Assembly (NCBI RefSeq): GCF_036702645.1
Contig: NZ_JAUBUO010000016.1
Coordinates: 1 to 28,185, forward strand
Direction: 5' to 3'
DNA length: 28,185 nt
DNA from: Microcoleus sp. Aus8_D1
Lineage (GTDB): Bacteria > Cyanobacteriota > Cyanobacteriia > Cyanobacteriales > Microcoleaceae
The notes under the pieces were generated by a model. It was not told where the DNA came from and searched no databases. It saw only the letters and a list, made by a program, of their open reading frames with translations. Shown here one piece after another: positions 8,414 through 16,575 of the stretch (position 1 is the first letter of the stretch; each line of letters starts with the position of its first letter). The translations under genes were made by a program, and so were the position numbers.

Positions 8414-10516
8414 TTAAGCCGCAACTAAACCGCTGTGTTTCAACAAAGCTTTAGTGCTCGGTTCGCGTCCCCGGAAAGTTTTAAACACTTCCATCGGGTG
8501 CAAACTGCCACCCAATCCTAACACTGTATCTCGGAAGCGTTTACCTGTAGAGCCGATCGCACTTTCATCTTCCAAACCAGCCTCCTCAAACGCCGCAAAA
8601 GCATCAGCACTCAGCACTTCCGCCCATTTATAGCTGTAATAGCCCGCCGCGTAACCGCCCGCAAAAATGTGTCCGAAAGCGCACAAAAATGCGTCTCCTT
8701 CCAGAGGAGGCAAAACAGTCGTAGTTTTAGCAATGCGCTTGCGGACATCCGCCACAGTTTCGCTGCCGCCCGATCGATAGCGGTGGTGCAATTCGATGTC
8801 AACACTGCTAAGATGTACTTGCCTGAGCATGGCACTGCCGCTCATGTAGTGGCGCGCTGCTAGCAGCTTTTGGTAATAGTGTTCCGGCAAATTTTCCCCG
8901 GTTTGGTAATGCTTTGCCATCCCGAACAAAGTCGCCCTATCGTAACACCAATTTTCCATAAATTGACTGGGCAATTCCACCGCATCCCACTCAACATTAT
9001 TGATGCCAGAAGCCCCCGGATAGTCTACCGTTGTCAGCATATGCTGCAAACCGTGACCGAATTCGTGAAACAAAGTTTCTACTTCCAAGAAAGTCATTAA
9101 ACTCGGTTTTCCGTCAACCGGAGGACTTTGGTTGCACACCAAATACGCCACCGGTAAACGCGTTGTTGTCTTGCCCGCTTCCACAAATTTAGCGCGCACC
9201 ACGCACTCGTTCATCCAAGCACCGCCGCGCTTTTCCTCGGGGCGGCTGTAGGGGTCTAAATAGAAATTGGCGAGCGTATTTCCCGCTTCATCATCTATTC
9301 TGAAATAGCGCACATCTTTGTGCCACACAGGAGCTTGACCGTCCGCCGCAGTTACTGTCACGCCGAACAGCCTTTTTACTAATCCAAACAACCCCTCCAA
9401 TACCTGCGGCAAAGCAAAATAAGGGCGCAATTCTTCGGCACTAAAAGCAAACTTTTTTTCCCGCTGCCGTTCCGACCAAAAACCAATATCCCAGTGCTTC
9501 AAATCCGCAGCTTCCGGCGCGCATGAGGTGGCAGCAAAAGCTTTCAATTCTTCTAAATCTTTGACAGCAGCGCTGTAACTAGCTAAGCGCAATTCTTCTA
9601 ACAAAGCTTCCACTGCTGTAACGTTAGGAGCCATTTTGCTCGCCAAGCTCAATTCGGCATAACTGCTAAACCCGAGCAAAGCTCCTTTTTCCTGGCGCAG
9701 TGCTAAAATGCGATCGGTCAAAGGCCAGTTATTCAATTCTCCGCTACTGGCTCTGCTGATAAAAGCTTTGTACAACTTTTCGCGCAAATCGCGGCGAGTG
9801 CTGTGCTGCATGAAAGGGCCGTAACTCGGGAAGTCTAAAGTAATCCGCCAAGGGCCATTTTCCGCATCGGCATTTTCGGCGCCGGCACTGCGAGCCGCTT
9901 GAGCTGCTAAACTCAACAAACTTGGCGGTAAACCGTCAATTTCGTCTTTGTTTGTGAGGGTGATACTGAAAGCTTTGGTAGCGTCGAGGACGTGATTGGA
10001 AAATTGGGTAGTAATTTCGGCCATTTCTAATTGAATGGCATTGAAACGCTCTTTTTGCTCGCCTTCTAAACCGACGCCGGAAAGTTGAGCATCTCGGAGG
10101 GAAGCTTCGACAATTCGCTGTTGAGCTGACTCTAAACTGTCCCAATTTTCGATCGCCCGCAGCGCTTTAAAAGCTTCGTAAAGCGGTTTGCTTTGACTGA
10201 GCTTGCTCCAAAATTTTACTACTTCCGGCTGCACTGTTTCGTGAGCCGATCGCAATTCCGGGCTATTTTTCACCCCCATCAAATGTCCGACAATGCTCCA
10301 AGTCCAATTTAAACGCTCTCCGAGCCGCTGCAATGGTTCAACTAAGCCGCTCCAAGTCGGCTCGACAGAGGCTTCTAAGGCAGCTAGCTCGGCTTCTAGT
10401 TCGCTCAGAAGTTGGGTAACGGCGGGGACTACGTGTTCTGGTGCGATCGCATCAAACGGTGGCAATCCTTTGCCAATTAATAACGGGTTATCAGTAACAG
10501 TTACGGTTGCGGTCAT
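8414..10516 (-). CDS. prlC: Oligopeptidase A / M3-family zinc metallopeptidase
   Basis: 700 aa; HEFGHGLQHML zinc-binding HExxH motif; N-terminus NPLLIGKGLPPFDAIAPEHVVPAV typical of OpdA/Dcp. Confidence 0.9.
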   Translation of the reverse strand: MTATVTVTDNPLLIGKGLPPFDAIAPEHVVPAVTQLLSELEAELAALEASVEPTWSGLVEPLQRLGERLNWTWSIVGHLMGVKNSPELRSAHETVQPEVVKFWSKLSQSKPLYEAFKALRAIENWDSLESAQQRIVEASLRDAQLSGVGLEGEQKERFNAIQLEMAEITTQFSNHVLDATKAFSITLTNKDEIDGLPPSLLSLAAQAARSAGAENADAENGPWRITLDFPSYGPFMQHSTRRDLREKLYKAFISRASSGELNNWPLTDRILALRQEKGALLGFSSYAELSLASKMAPNVTAVEALLEELRLASYSAAVKDLEELKAFAATSCAPEAADLKHWDIGFWSERQREKKFAFSAEELRPYFALPQVLEGLFGLVKRLFGVTVTAADGQAPVWHKDVRYFRIDDEAGNTLANFYLDPYSRPEEKRGGAWMNECVVRAKFVEAGKTTTRLPVAYLVCNQSPPVDGKPSLMTFLEVETLFHEFGHGLQHMLTTVDYPGASGINNVEWDAVELPSQFMENWCYDRATLFGMAKHYQTGENLPEHYYQKLLAARHYMSGSAMLRQVHLSSVDIELHHRYRSGGSETVADVRKRIAKTTTVLPPLEGDAFLCAFGHIFAGGYAAGYYSYKWAEVLSADAFAAFEEAGLEDESAIGSTGKRFRDTVLGLGGSLHPMEVFKTFRGREPSTKALLKHSGLVAA

Positions 10517-10607
10517 TTAATTTTCTTGTAACAGGTTGAAAACAGGTGAACTAGACAGATTACCTTTTCAATTTGTAACACAGTTGTCCAAAAAGTCGGA
10601 CTCCAGC

Positions 10608-10710
10608 CGGGAGAGGGAGAGAATGGGAGAAGGGAAGAGGGGGAGAAGGGGAGAAGGGGAGAGGGGGAGAGGGGGAGAGGGGGAGAGGGGGAGAGGGAGA
10701 GAAGGAGAAA
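10608..10710 (+). repeat. Roughly 100-bp polypurine tract with a (GGGGGAGA)n / (GGGGAGAA)n core; G4- or triplex-prone
   Basis: gggagagggagagaatgggagaagggaagagggggagaaggggagaaggggagagggggagagggggagagggggagagggggagagggagagaaggagaaaa; all purine on the + strand. Confidence 0.85.
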
Positions 10711-10730
10711 ATCTTCCTTCTGACTGATGA

Positions 10731-10837
10731 CCAACTGCCAACTATCAACTGCCAACTGCCAACTGCCAACTATCAACTGCCAACTGCCAACTATCAACTG
10801 CCAACTGCCAACTGTCAACTGTCAACTGTCAACTATC
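10731..10837. repeat. STRR-like heptamer array (CAACTGC/CAACTAT/CAACTGT)n, about 15 units
   Basis: Direct reading. The reverse complement of the same unit recurs at 23791-23825. Confidence 0.85.
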
Positions 10838-11704
10838 TTGCGTGTGCTGCAACTCCTTGACAACTGAGATTAAGCGCTTGAGATGAGGTTTAACAACTTC
10901 TTGTTGCTCGTGTTCCAAACGGTGGATTTGAGCTTGGACTACAGACAAATCCGGAGTCGATTGCTGCGCGGGAGCTTGCAGTTGGCTTTGCAGATTGGCC
11001 ATGACTTTCTGGATTTCAAAAAATCGAGTATTTACTACTTCCCAGTCGTCTCGGGTAATCGCAGTTTCTGCTAAGCCTTTCGTCGCGCTTTGCAGTTTTT
11101 CTATCGCCTGTTCCACAGCTTCGAGATTTGCCGGTTGGCCAACCGATAAATCTCGAAGCTGTGCGCTCACCTGCTGGCGAACATCGAGCACAGCAGACGC
11201 CACAATTTCTTGCAAAGAAGCTACCGACTCTCCCAAACTCAGCAATTGCCGCTCGATGTCGAGGGACTCCTCAAAACCTTCAGCCCTAGGAAGTGCAGCC
11301 ATTTGCTGGCGCAGCGCTGCAATATCAGCAGACAACTGCTTGCGCAATTTAACAATTACCGTCACCGCCGTTTTTTCGACTTTATTTACAGACTTTTGCA
11401 CTTGGGCTAGTTCCGAATTTTGATGAACCCGCACTTGCTGCTCGAACCGATATCGGTTAGCCACATTTAGCGACAAAGCCAAAGTTAGCGGAGCCACTCC
11501 GTAAAAAGCTTGACCCGACACAGCCACCGCCAGGGAACCCACACCAGAGGCCGCCAGAGAGGCGTACTCTGCCACTTCCAGCCAGTGTCTTTGAGGAAAA
11601 CTTTGCCTCAAGTGGTTTCTAGCAGAGGGGTTTGGCTTCCGCACGGCTCTTTGGGTCATAATATTTTCTCGTTGTTGGTAAGGTGGCGCGACTGGGTGGA
11701 GCAT
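10829..11704 (-). CDS. Hypothetical coiled-coil protein with an N-terminal hydrophobic segment
   Basis: Long Q/L/A/E-rich heptad-like sequence; WLEVAEYASLAASGVGSLAVAVSGQAFYGVAPLTLALSL is a TM-like region. Real start probably the internal Met (MTQRAV). Confidence 0.55.
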   Translation of the reverse strand: MLHPVAPPYQQRENIMTQRAVRKPNPSARNHLRQSFPQRHWLEVAEYASLAASGVGSLAVAVSGQAFYGVAPLTLALSLNVANRYRFEQQVRVHQNSELAQVQKSVNKVEKTAVTVIVKLRKQLSADIAALRQQMAALPRAEGFEESLDIERQLLSLGESVASLQEIVASAVLDVRQQVSAQLRDLSVGQPANLEAVEQAIEKLQSATKGLAETAITRDDWEVVNTRFFEIQKVMANLQSQLQAPAQQSTPDLSVVQAQIHRLEHEQQEVVKPHLKRLISVVKELQHTQDS

Positions 11705-11931
11705 CGATTTATATCCTTTTTTCAGTTATATGTTTTACATTATTTTTTGGCACTCTTCTATTTTTACCTAAGTAAGTTCAGGATGACTGGCATATTATTA
11801 TGTATTTGGGAGCTGTCTTGCTGTCGCCCTCAATTGGGGCTGTTAAAAGCTGAACCCCAAGGCGCCCTCTATTTTACAGGACGCGGGCGCGATCGGGTTC
11901 GGGCGATCGACAATCGCTGCCCAGGCCGGTC

Positions 11932-11966
11932 GATTTGAGATTTGAGATTTGAGATTTGAGATTTAA
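11932..11966. repeat. Heptamer repeat (GATTTGA)4
   Basis: gatttgagatttgagatttgagatttgagattt. Confidence 0.8.
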
Positions 11967-12088
11967 AATGCCACCTAGTGAGGGCGATCGGAGTTTTGAG
12001 CCACTCGGTAGTTGCGTTTTGGTTCGTGCATTGGTATAATTTACTTTTTCTAAATTTCCCGGATTTAATTTACAGCAAGACTTAACAA

Positions 12089-12223
12089 ATGAAATCAGAA
12101 AAACCCGAAAATGGCGCTCGGCTCAAGTCTATTTTCAGTATCACAATCTTTATTATTCTCGTCCTAGCAGTAGGCTTTTTAAGCGTGAATTTTATTTCAG
12201 CTCTGTATGCCAAATTTTCTTAA
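12089..12223 (+). CDS. Candidate small (44 aa) single-pass membrane protein
   Basis: MKSEKPENGARLKSIFSITIFIILVLAVGFLSVNFISALYAKFS: polar N-terminus followed by a 23-residue hydrophobic helix. Below the ORF-track threshold; no clear RBS. Confidence 0.25.
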   Translation: MKSEKPENGARLKSIFSITIFIILVLAVGFLSVNFISALYAKFS

Positions 12224-12341
12224 AATTAGTCCTGGACGCATGGAATTCATAAACTGGTTTTTTTACAAAAATACTTCGTCGCAGCCAGCAGAATCGGTAA
12301 AAAACCCGGTTTCTTTGGTATTTAGGCGTCCAGGACTAATT
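12224..12341. repeat. 16-bp perfect inverted-repeat pair (AATTAGTCCTGGACGC / GCGTCCAGGACTAATT) separated by about 86 bp
   Basis: Arms at 12224-12239 and 12326-12341. The right arm overlaps the stop codon of the STAND gene. Confidence 0.7.
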
Positions 12342-13730
12342 TGGTGATAACCCTTTGATATATTGCTTCAGTACAGGTGGCAAAGTGTAAAGGCTTTCCT
12401 GTTTTTCGATCGAGCAGCGTCGCGAGAGAGATTGCAATGCGTTTAGCAAATTTGATGATGATATTTGTCCGTTTTGTAGCAATTTGGCGACGTTGACTGG
12501 CTGGTTTTCTGTCGCCAACAATGACATGACTTGTTTTTCGAGTTCGGAAGTGCGATCGTACTGCTCATGTAAAACATCTTTTAAATCTTCGGGTAACAAT
12601 ATGGTATCATCTATTAATAACTCATTCGCGCCGATGCCCAACTCTTGAATCAGAGTCGCCACGCTTTTTAACCATAACGGGTTGCCTTGGTAGCGGTGAA
12701 TGAGTGCTTCGCAGTTATCGATTTCTGCTAATCCTTTATCTCTGAGGATTTCCCGTGCGGCCGCAGTGTCTAAACCAGTGAGTTGTAAAGTCCGAATGGG
12801 AGTATTTTCGCTGGTGAGTTGAGGAACTTCTTTCGGCGGTTCCCAACCGATTAGCAGAAAGCAACTTTGATGGGATAATGTCTCTATTTGTTTGAATAAG
12901 GAGCGATATTCTTCGTATTCGGGTTTATACTTTCCTGCCAATTCGCCGCTACAGAAAAGGTTGTGAACGTCATCTAAGACTATTAAACAGCGATGGTTTT
13001 GTAAATATTTAATCAGCGGTAAGCGTTTCTGGTTGTTTGAGGATGAATCTTGTTTTTCTGACTGGGAAAAAAGCTGTATTAGGTTAGATTTAAATTTATC
13101 GATGGTGGGGAATTCGTCTAGGGTGCACCAAACTGCGTATTCAAACTCGTCTTTGATTTGTTTTACGAGTTGTACTGCTAGGGATGTTTTGCCGATGCCG
13201 AGTCGGCCGGTGAGGGTGATAAGGCGGCAGTTTTGTTGTAGAATCCAGGTTGTGAGGGTTTGGAGTTGAGGAGTGCGATCGAAGAAGTCGCCCAACTCCG
13301 GCATTTCGCTTAAATCTTGATGTAAAGTTTTAGTTTGTTTTGGGTTAGATGTTTCGTCATTATCTGGATGTGACGTTGATATATCTGGGGGGTGTCTTCC
13401 TTCTCCACAGGTATTAAAATTACCACTGATGTGTTGTTCTATGACGTTTTGTGTAAAGCTTGAAACATTAGAGACTTGAAACCTTTGAATTGCCGAGCGA
13501 AAATTCTTTTTATTGACATTTTCCCCCAACTCCTCTGAAAGTAATTGCCATAATTCCGAAGCCGCATTCCTAACACGACTTTCAGAACAGTCAAAGTCTT
13601 TGGCTACGTGCTTGTATGTCTCGTGTTGTACAGTTCCTTTCAGTACCGCCTCTTGTAAATCATCAAGGTGTTGACCCGTTTTCTCGAAGACTATGCGATC
13701 GGCGAAGTTTAACATTTCTTTGAGATTCAT
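12336..13730 (-). CDS. Short STAND (NB-ARC-like) NTPase with the cyanobacterial N-terminal HTH-like domain and no C-terminal repeat array
   Basis: Walker A LTGRLGIGKTSLAVQLV; Walker B-like CLIVLDDVHN. The N-terminus (LQEAVLKG...YKHVAKDF..SESRVRNAASELWQLLSEELGENVNKKNFRSAIQRF) matches the conserved N-domain of cyanobacterial NB-ARC/WD40 proteins. Confidence 0.85.
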   Translation of the reverse strand: MNLKEMLNFADRIVFEKTGQHLDDLQEAVLKGTVQHETYKHVAKDFDCSESRVRNAASELWQLLSEELGENVNKKNFRSAIQRFQVSNVSSFTQNVIEQHISGNFNTCGEGRHPPDISTSHPDNDETSNPKQTKTLHQDLSEMPELGDFFDRTPQLQTLTTWILQQNCRLITLTGRLGIGKTSLAVQLVKQIKDEFEYAVWCTLDEFPTIDKFKSNLIQLFSQSEKQDSSSNNQKRLPLIKYLQNHRCLIVLDDVHNLFCSGELAGKYKPEYEEYRSLFKQIETLSHQSCFLLIGWEPPKEVPQLTSENTPIRTLQLTGLDTAAAREILRDKGLAEIDNCEALIHRYQGNPLWLKSVATLIQELGIGANELLIDDTILLPEDLKDVLHEQYDRTSELEKQVMSLLATENQPVNVAKLLQNGQISSSNLLNALQSLSRRCSIEKQESLYTLPPVLKQYIKGLSPN

Positions 13731-13996
13731 CGGATCAAGAGGATGGAAAATTTTGTGTATTATAGCACAGGTAGAGACATTTTAGTATATTTTTAGATAT
13801 TTTAGTACATAACTAGATTTCAAGAGATTGAAGGTAGGAGAAGGTTGTCGGCAATATAGGACATTTTAGGGCTGGACAAACCTTTAATTTCTAAGGAATG
13901 ATGGGAGAATCCTCAATCGATCTCTGGTTATTGACTAAACCTACTGATGTCTGACGACAAGTAAGATCCGCTCTCTAGTATAAATGGAGGTTAACT

Positions 13997-14188
13997 ATGT
14001 CCAGTACCCATAACAACCAAGTGCCGATTTCTACTGTTGGTGATGGTTTTTGGTGGAACTACGATTTGTTTGATAAGCAGTCTCTATCTCCTTCGCTGAG
14101 TTCATCAAATCAGTGTTCATCAAAGCAGAGTTCATTCAGCTTATCTCCTTCACCTCGTCGCAGTGTGGGCGATACTTCTTCTAAGTAA
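13997..14188 (+). CDS. Candidate RiPP precursor peptide (63 aa) with a Ser-rich, one-Cys C-terminal core
   Basis: GGAGG RBS 6 nt upstream of ATG. Aromatic leader-like N-half (GDGFWWNYDLFDKQ) and core SLSPSLSSSNQCSSKQSSFSLSPSPRRSVGDTSSK. 82 bp upstream of ycaO on the same strand. Confidence 0.5.
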   Translation: MSSTHNNQVPISTVGDGFWWNYDLFDKQSLSPSLSSSNQCSSKQSSFSLSPSPRRSVGDTSSK

Positions 14189-14217
14189 GTTTCTAAATAT
14201 GAATGAATAATTAGCTA

Positions 14218-14251
14218 AGCATCTTGGCAGTTCTTAGAGACACAAGATGCT
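14218..14251 (+). promoter_or_regulatory. Intergenic stem-loop (9-bp stem AGCATCTTG/CAAGATGCT, 16-nt loop) between the precursor gene and ycaO; attenuator-like
   Basis: Direct reading; followed by a weak T-tract (tttct). Confidence 0.45.
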
Positions 14252-14269
14252 TTCTATCGGTACGGAAAC

Positions 14270-15586
14270 ATGAATATAGACTTAAACTGGCTTCCTCATC
14301 AAGCTCCTACAATCGACTTTAAGGCAACTCTGCATCCATCAAAAGAAATTGCATCACGTTGGTTTAACTTTCCACCTTACCATGACGAGCCGAAACTTTG
14401 GCATCTCTCTGCTCAAGTCAAACCCAGTATAGACATTAAAGATGAAAACTTACAGGAGGTCGCTGGAGGTTCGTCACTGGACTTTGATAGAGCTCTCGCA
14501 AAACTGGCGGGGGAAACCGTTGAGCGTTATGCGATCTCTAAGAATGTCAATCTGAACTTGAATGATTTACAATCATGGCAGGAATTGGTACAGCAAAATT
14601 TGTGTGCGCTAGATCCGTTCCAACTTGTGATTGGTGATGAACATCGACATAAATCGCGTCGTAACGATAAAATTTCATGGATTCAAGGATTTGATTTAAA
14701 CTTACAAGTTCCTGCACTTATTCCTGCACAGCTAGTCTTTGTTCCGCATATTTTTAGAGATAATGAAGCTGTTTGGAGATCCGCTGTATCAACAGGTGCG
14801 GCAGCACACTCTACACTTGAGGGAGCTTTATATGCTGGTCTTTGTGAAGTCGTAGAGAGAGACGCTTTTCAAATTGCTTGGCTTAGACAGTTAAGATTAA
14901 CTAGGATAAATATAACTACAGGTGATACTTACTTCTACAATTCTATCAATAAACTAATTGATGCTGGTAAAAGATATCATCTTCACTGTGAGCTATATCA
15001 GCTTCCTTGTTCTATTCCCTTATCTGTTTGCATGGCAGTTATTTGGGATAATACAGGTATTGGACCTCGGTGTTCTCTGGGTGCAAAATGTTCTCAATCA
15101 AGCTTAACAGCCTGTGTCGGAGCACTTGAGGAAGCTTACCAAATGCGTTCTTGGTTGCGATATACACTCAACAAGTCGGGAGCATTTTCAAAGAATAAGC
15201 CACTTGATACATTGCTCGATAGAGCGAGACATTGGTTAACACATGAAGCTTCAGAAGTTCTTAAAAGTTGGACTCAACAATTCAACAGTTCTATTTCTTT
15301 ATCTGAAAGACCCTCTGAACTTTCTCTTGGTGAATTAGTTGAGTCAGTTAAACAAGATGGAGGTACTGCATATTTCGTTGACTTAACAGCGAAATTACCT
15401 GAATGTCTGCATCAATTGGGTTGGCATATTACAAAGGTAATCATTCCAGAGTACCAACCGCTAAACTTAACGGAGTCAATGGAAGACTTCGCCTTGCTAA
15501 GAATTGATAATGCTTCTCAGCGTTTGAATGCTGAAGCTCTTATTCCAGCGGGAGAGAAATTTAGATATCCTCATCCTTTTTTGTGA
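14270..15586 (+). CDS. YcaO-domain protein (standalone, 438 aa)
   Basis: AGETVERYAIS (ExxER ATP-binding motif) and STGAAAHSTLEGALYAGLCEVVERDAF (YcaO signature). Confidence 0.9.
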   Translation: MNIDLNWLPHQAPTIDFKATLHPSKEIASRWFNFPPYHDEPKLWHLSAQVKPSIDIKDENLQEVAGGSSLDFDRALAKLAGETVERYAISKNVNLNLNDLQSWQELVQQNLCALDPFQLVIGDEHRHKSRRNDKISWIQGFDLNLQVPALIPAQLVFVPHIFRDNEAVWRSAVSTGAAAHSTLEGALYAGLCEVVERDAFQIAWLRQLRLTRINITTGDTYFYNSINKLIDAGKRYHLHCELYQLPCSIPLSVCMAVIWDNTGIGPRCSLGAKCSQSSLTACVGALEEAYQMRSWLRYTLNKSGAFSKNKPLDTLLDRARHWLTHEASEVLKSWTQQFNSSISLSERPSELSLGELVESVKQDGGTAYFVDLTAKLPECLHQLGWHITKVIIPEYQPLNLTESMEDFALLRIDNASQRLNAEALIPAGEKFRYPHPFL

Positions 15587-15595
15587 GCAATCAAT

Positions 15596-16372
15596 ATGAA
15601 TATTACAGATCGACAAAGCAAAGACAATGATCCATTGGGGCAGGGAATTCAACTAGCTCAGGCATTTGAAGAAGCTACTTGGATTCACGATGCTTCTTCT
15701 CTCCAAGCAAGTTATATTCCCCATTCCTGGACATCGATAAATAGGAAGGAATATCGCCGTTTACCAAGAGTTGATTTGAGCGGACTACGTTCTCCAAGTC
15801 AAAATAGCGAATTAAGCAAGGTATTTGAACATCGGTCATCCAAGCGACAATTTTTACCGGAACCTATTGCGTTAGAAACGCTGAGTACGATGCTAGCAAC
15901 GGTTGCCAGCACTCGAAATGAAGAACCTCCAAGCCGAGTTTATCCTTCTGCTGGTCTAAGGTGGCCAATTGAGTGGTATCTTGCCGCAATCAATGTAGCT
16001 TCACTGGAAGCTGGAGTTTATCATTATGAATCATTTGATCATCAACTGGAAACACTAAAAATAGGCAATCCTTGGAACGAGCTTGCGGAAGCGCTTTCAA
16101 TGCAAACCATTGATCGTCCATCAGCTTTACTAATCTTAACTTCTGTATTTCATAGAAGTTGGATTAAGTATGGCATTCGTGGAAGTCGATATGCTTATCT
16201 AGAAGCTGGTGCAGCAGCCATGTCCTTAAATATTGTTGCAGTAGAGGCTAACATTGGTGTAGTTTGGCTAGGTGGCTTTGTTGACTCCTCTATTTCAAAG
16301 ATTCTTGATATTAATTGGAAAATGGAGTTAGAAACTCCGGTTCTATGTCTCGCGCTTGGACATCCTATTTAG
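15596..16372 (+). CDS. SagB-type dehydrogenase (nitroreductase-fold, TOMM azoline oxidase-like)
   Basis: SSKRQFL, YPSAGLRWPIEWYL (PSAGGLYP-like) and RYAYLEAGAAAMSLNIVAVEANIGVVWLGGF motifs. Starts 9 bp after ycaO. Confidence 0.85.
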   Translation: MNITDRQSKDNDPLGQGIQLAQAFEEATWIHDASSLQASYIPHSWTSINRKEYRRLPRVDLSGLRSPSQNSELSKVFEHRSSKRQFLPEPIALETLSTMLATVASTRNEEPPSRVYPSAGLRWPIEWYLAAINVASLEAGVYHYESFDHQLETLKIGNPWNELAEALSMQTIDRPSALLILTSVFHRSWIKYGIRGSRYAYLEAGAAAMSLNIVAVEANIGVVWLGGFVDSSISKILDINWKMELETPVLCLALGHPI

Positions 16373-16507
16373 AGGATGCCCAAAAAAATGCTAAATATAT
16401 GGTCTCTTGGACTTTATGCTGAAAACGTAAATGAGTGGGGAAGTTTTCGACTCTATGATGAGTTTATTAGTTATATCCTTTCCCTGATTAGCGATTTAAA
16501 TGTGTAG

Positions 16508-16575
16508 TACGATCGCCCCTCACACCAAATACCCAACACTGCGATGATTCTACCAAGAGCGATCGCCCTTTCTAT
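16508..16575. repeat. Roughly 65-bp direct repeat R' (partner at 17482-17550)
   Basis: cccctcacaccaaatacccaacactgcgatgattctaccaagagcgatcgccc versus cccctcacagcaaataccaaacagtacgatgattgtagccagagcgatcgccc. Confidence 0.75.

Noticed and set aside
10513-10818. Three overlapping ORF-track ORFs (10513..10818 -, 10536..10727 +, 10560..10769 -) with repetitive peptides (SWQLIVGSWQL..., GEGERGRG..., PLPLSPSP...)
   Set aside because: Artefacts of translating the (GGGGAGA)n and (CAACTGY)n tandem arrays in different frames; they overlap each other and the prlC start
11510-11938. 142-aa + strand ORF upstream of and overlapping the coiled-coil gene start
   Set aside because: Overlaps the 5' end of the minus-strand gene, has Arg/Gly-rich composition and ends in the heptamer repeat; no support
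16388-16507. 39-codon + strand ORF immediately downstream of the SagB gene (possible second precursor)
   Set aside because: Not Cys/Ser/Thr-rich, no RBS, and it overlaps the start of repeat R'. Insufficient support
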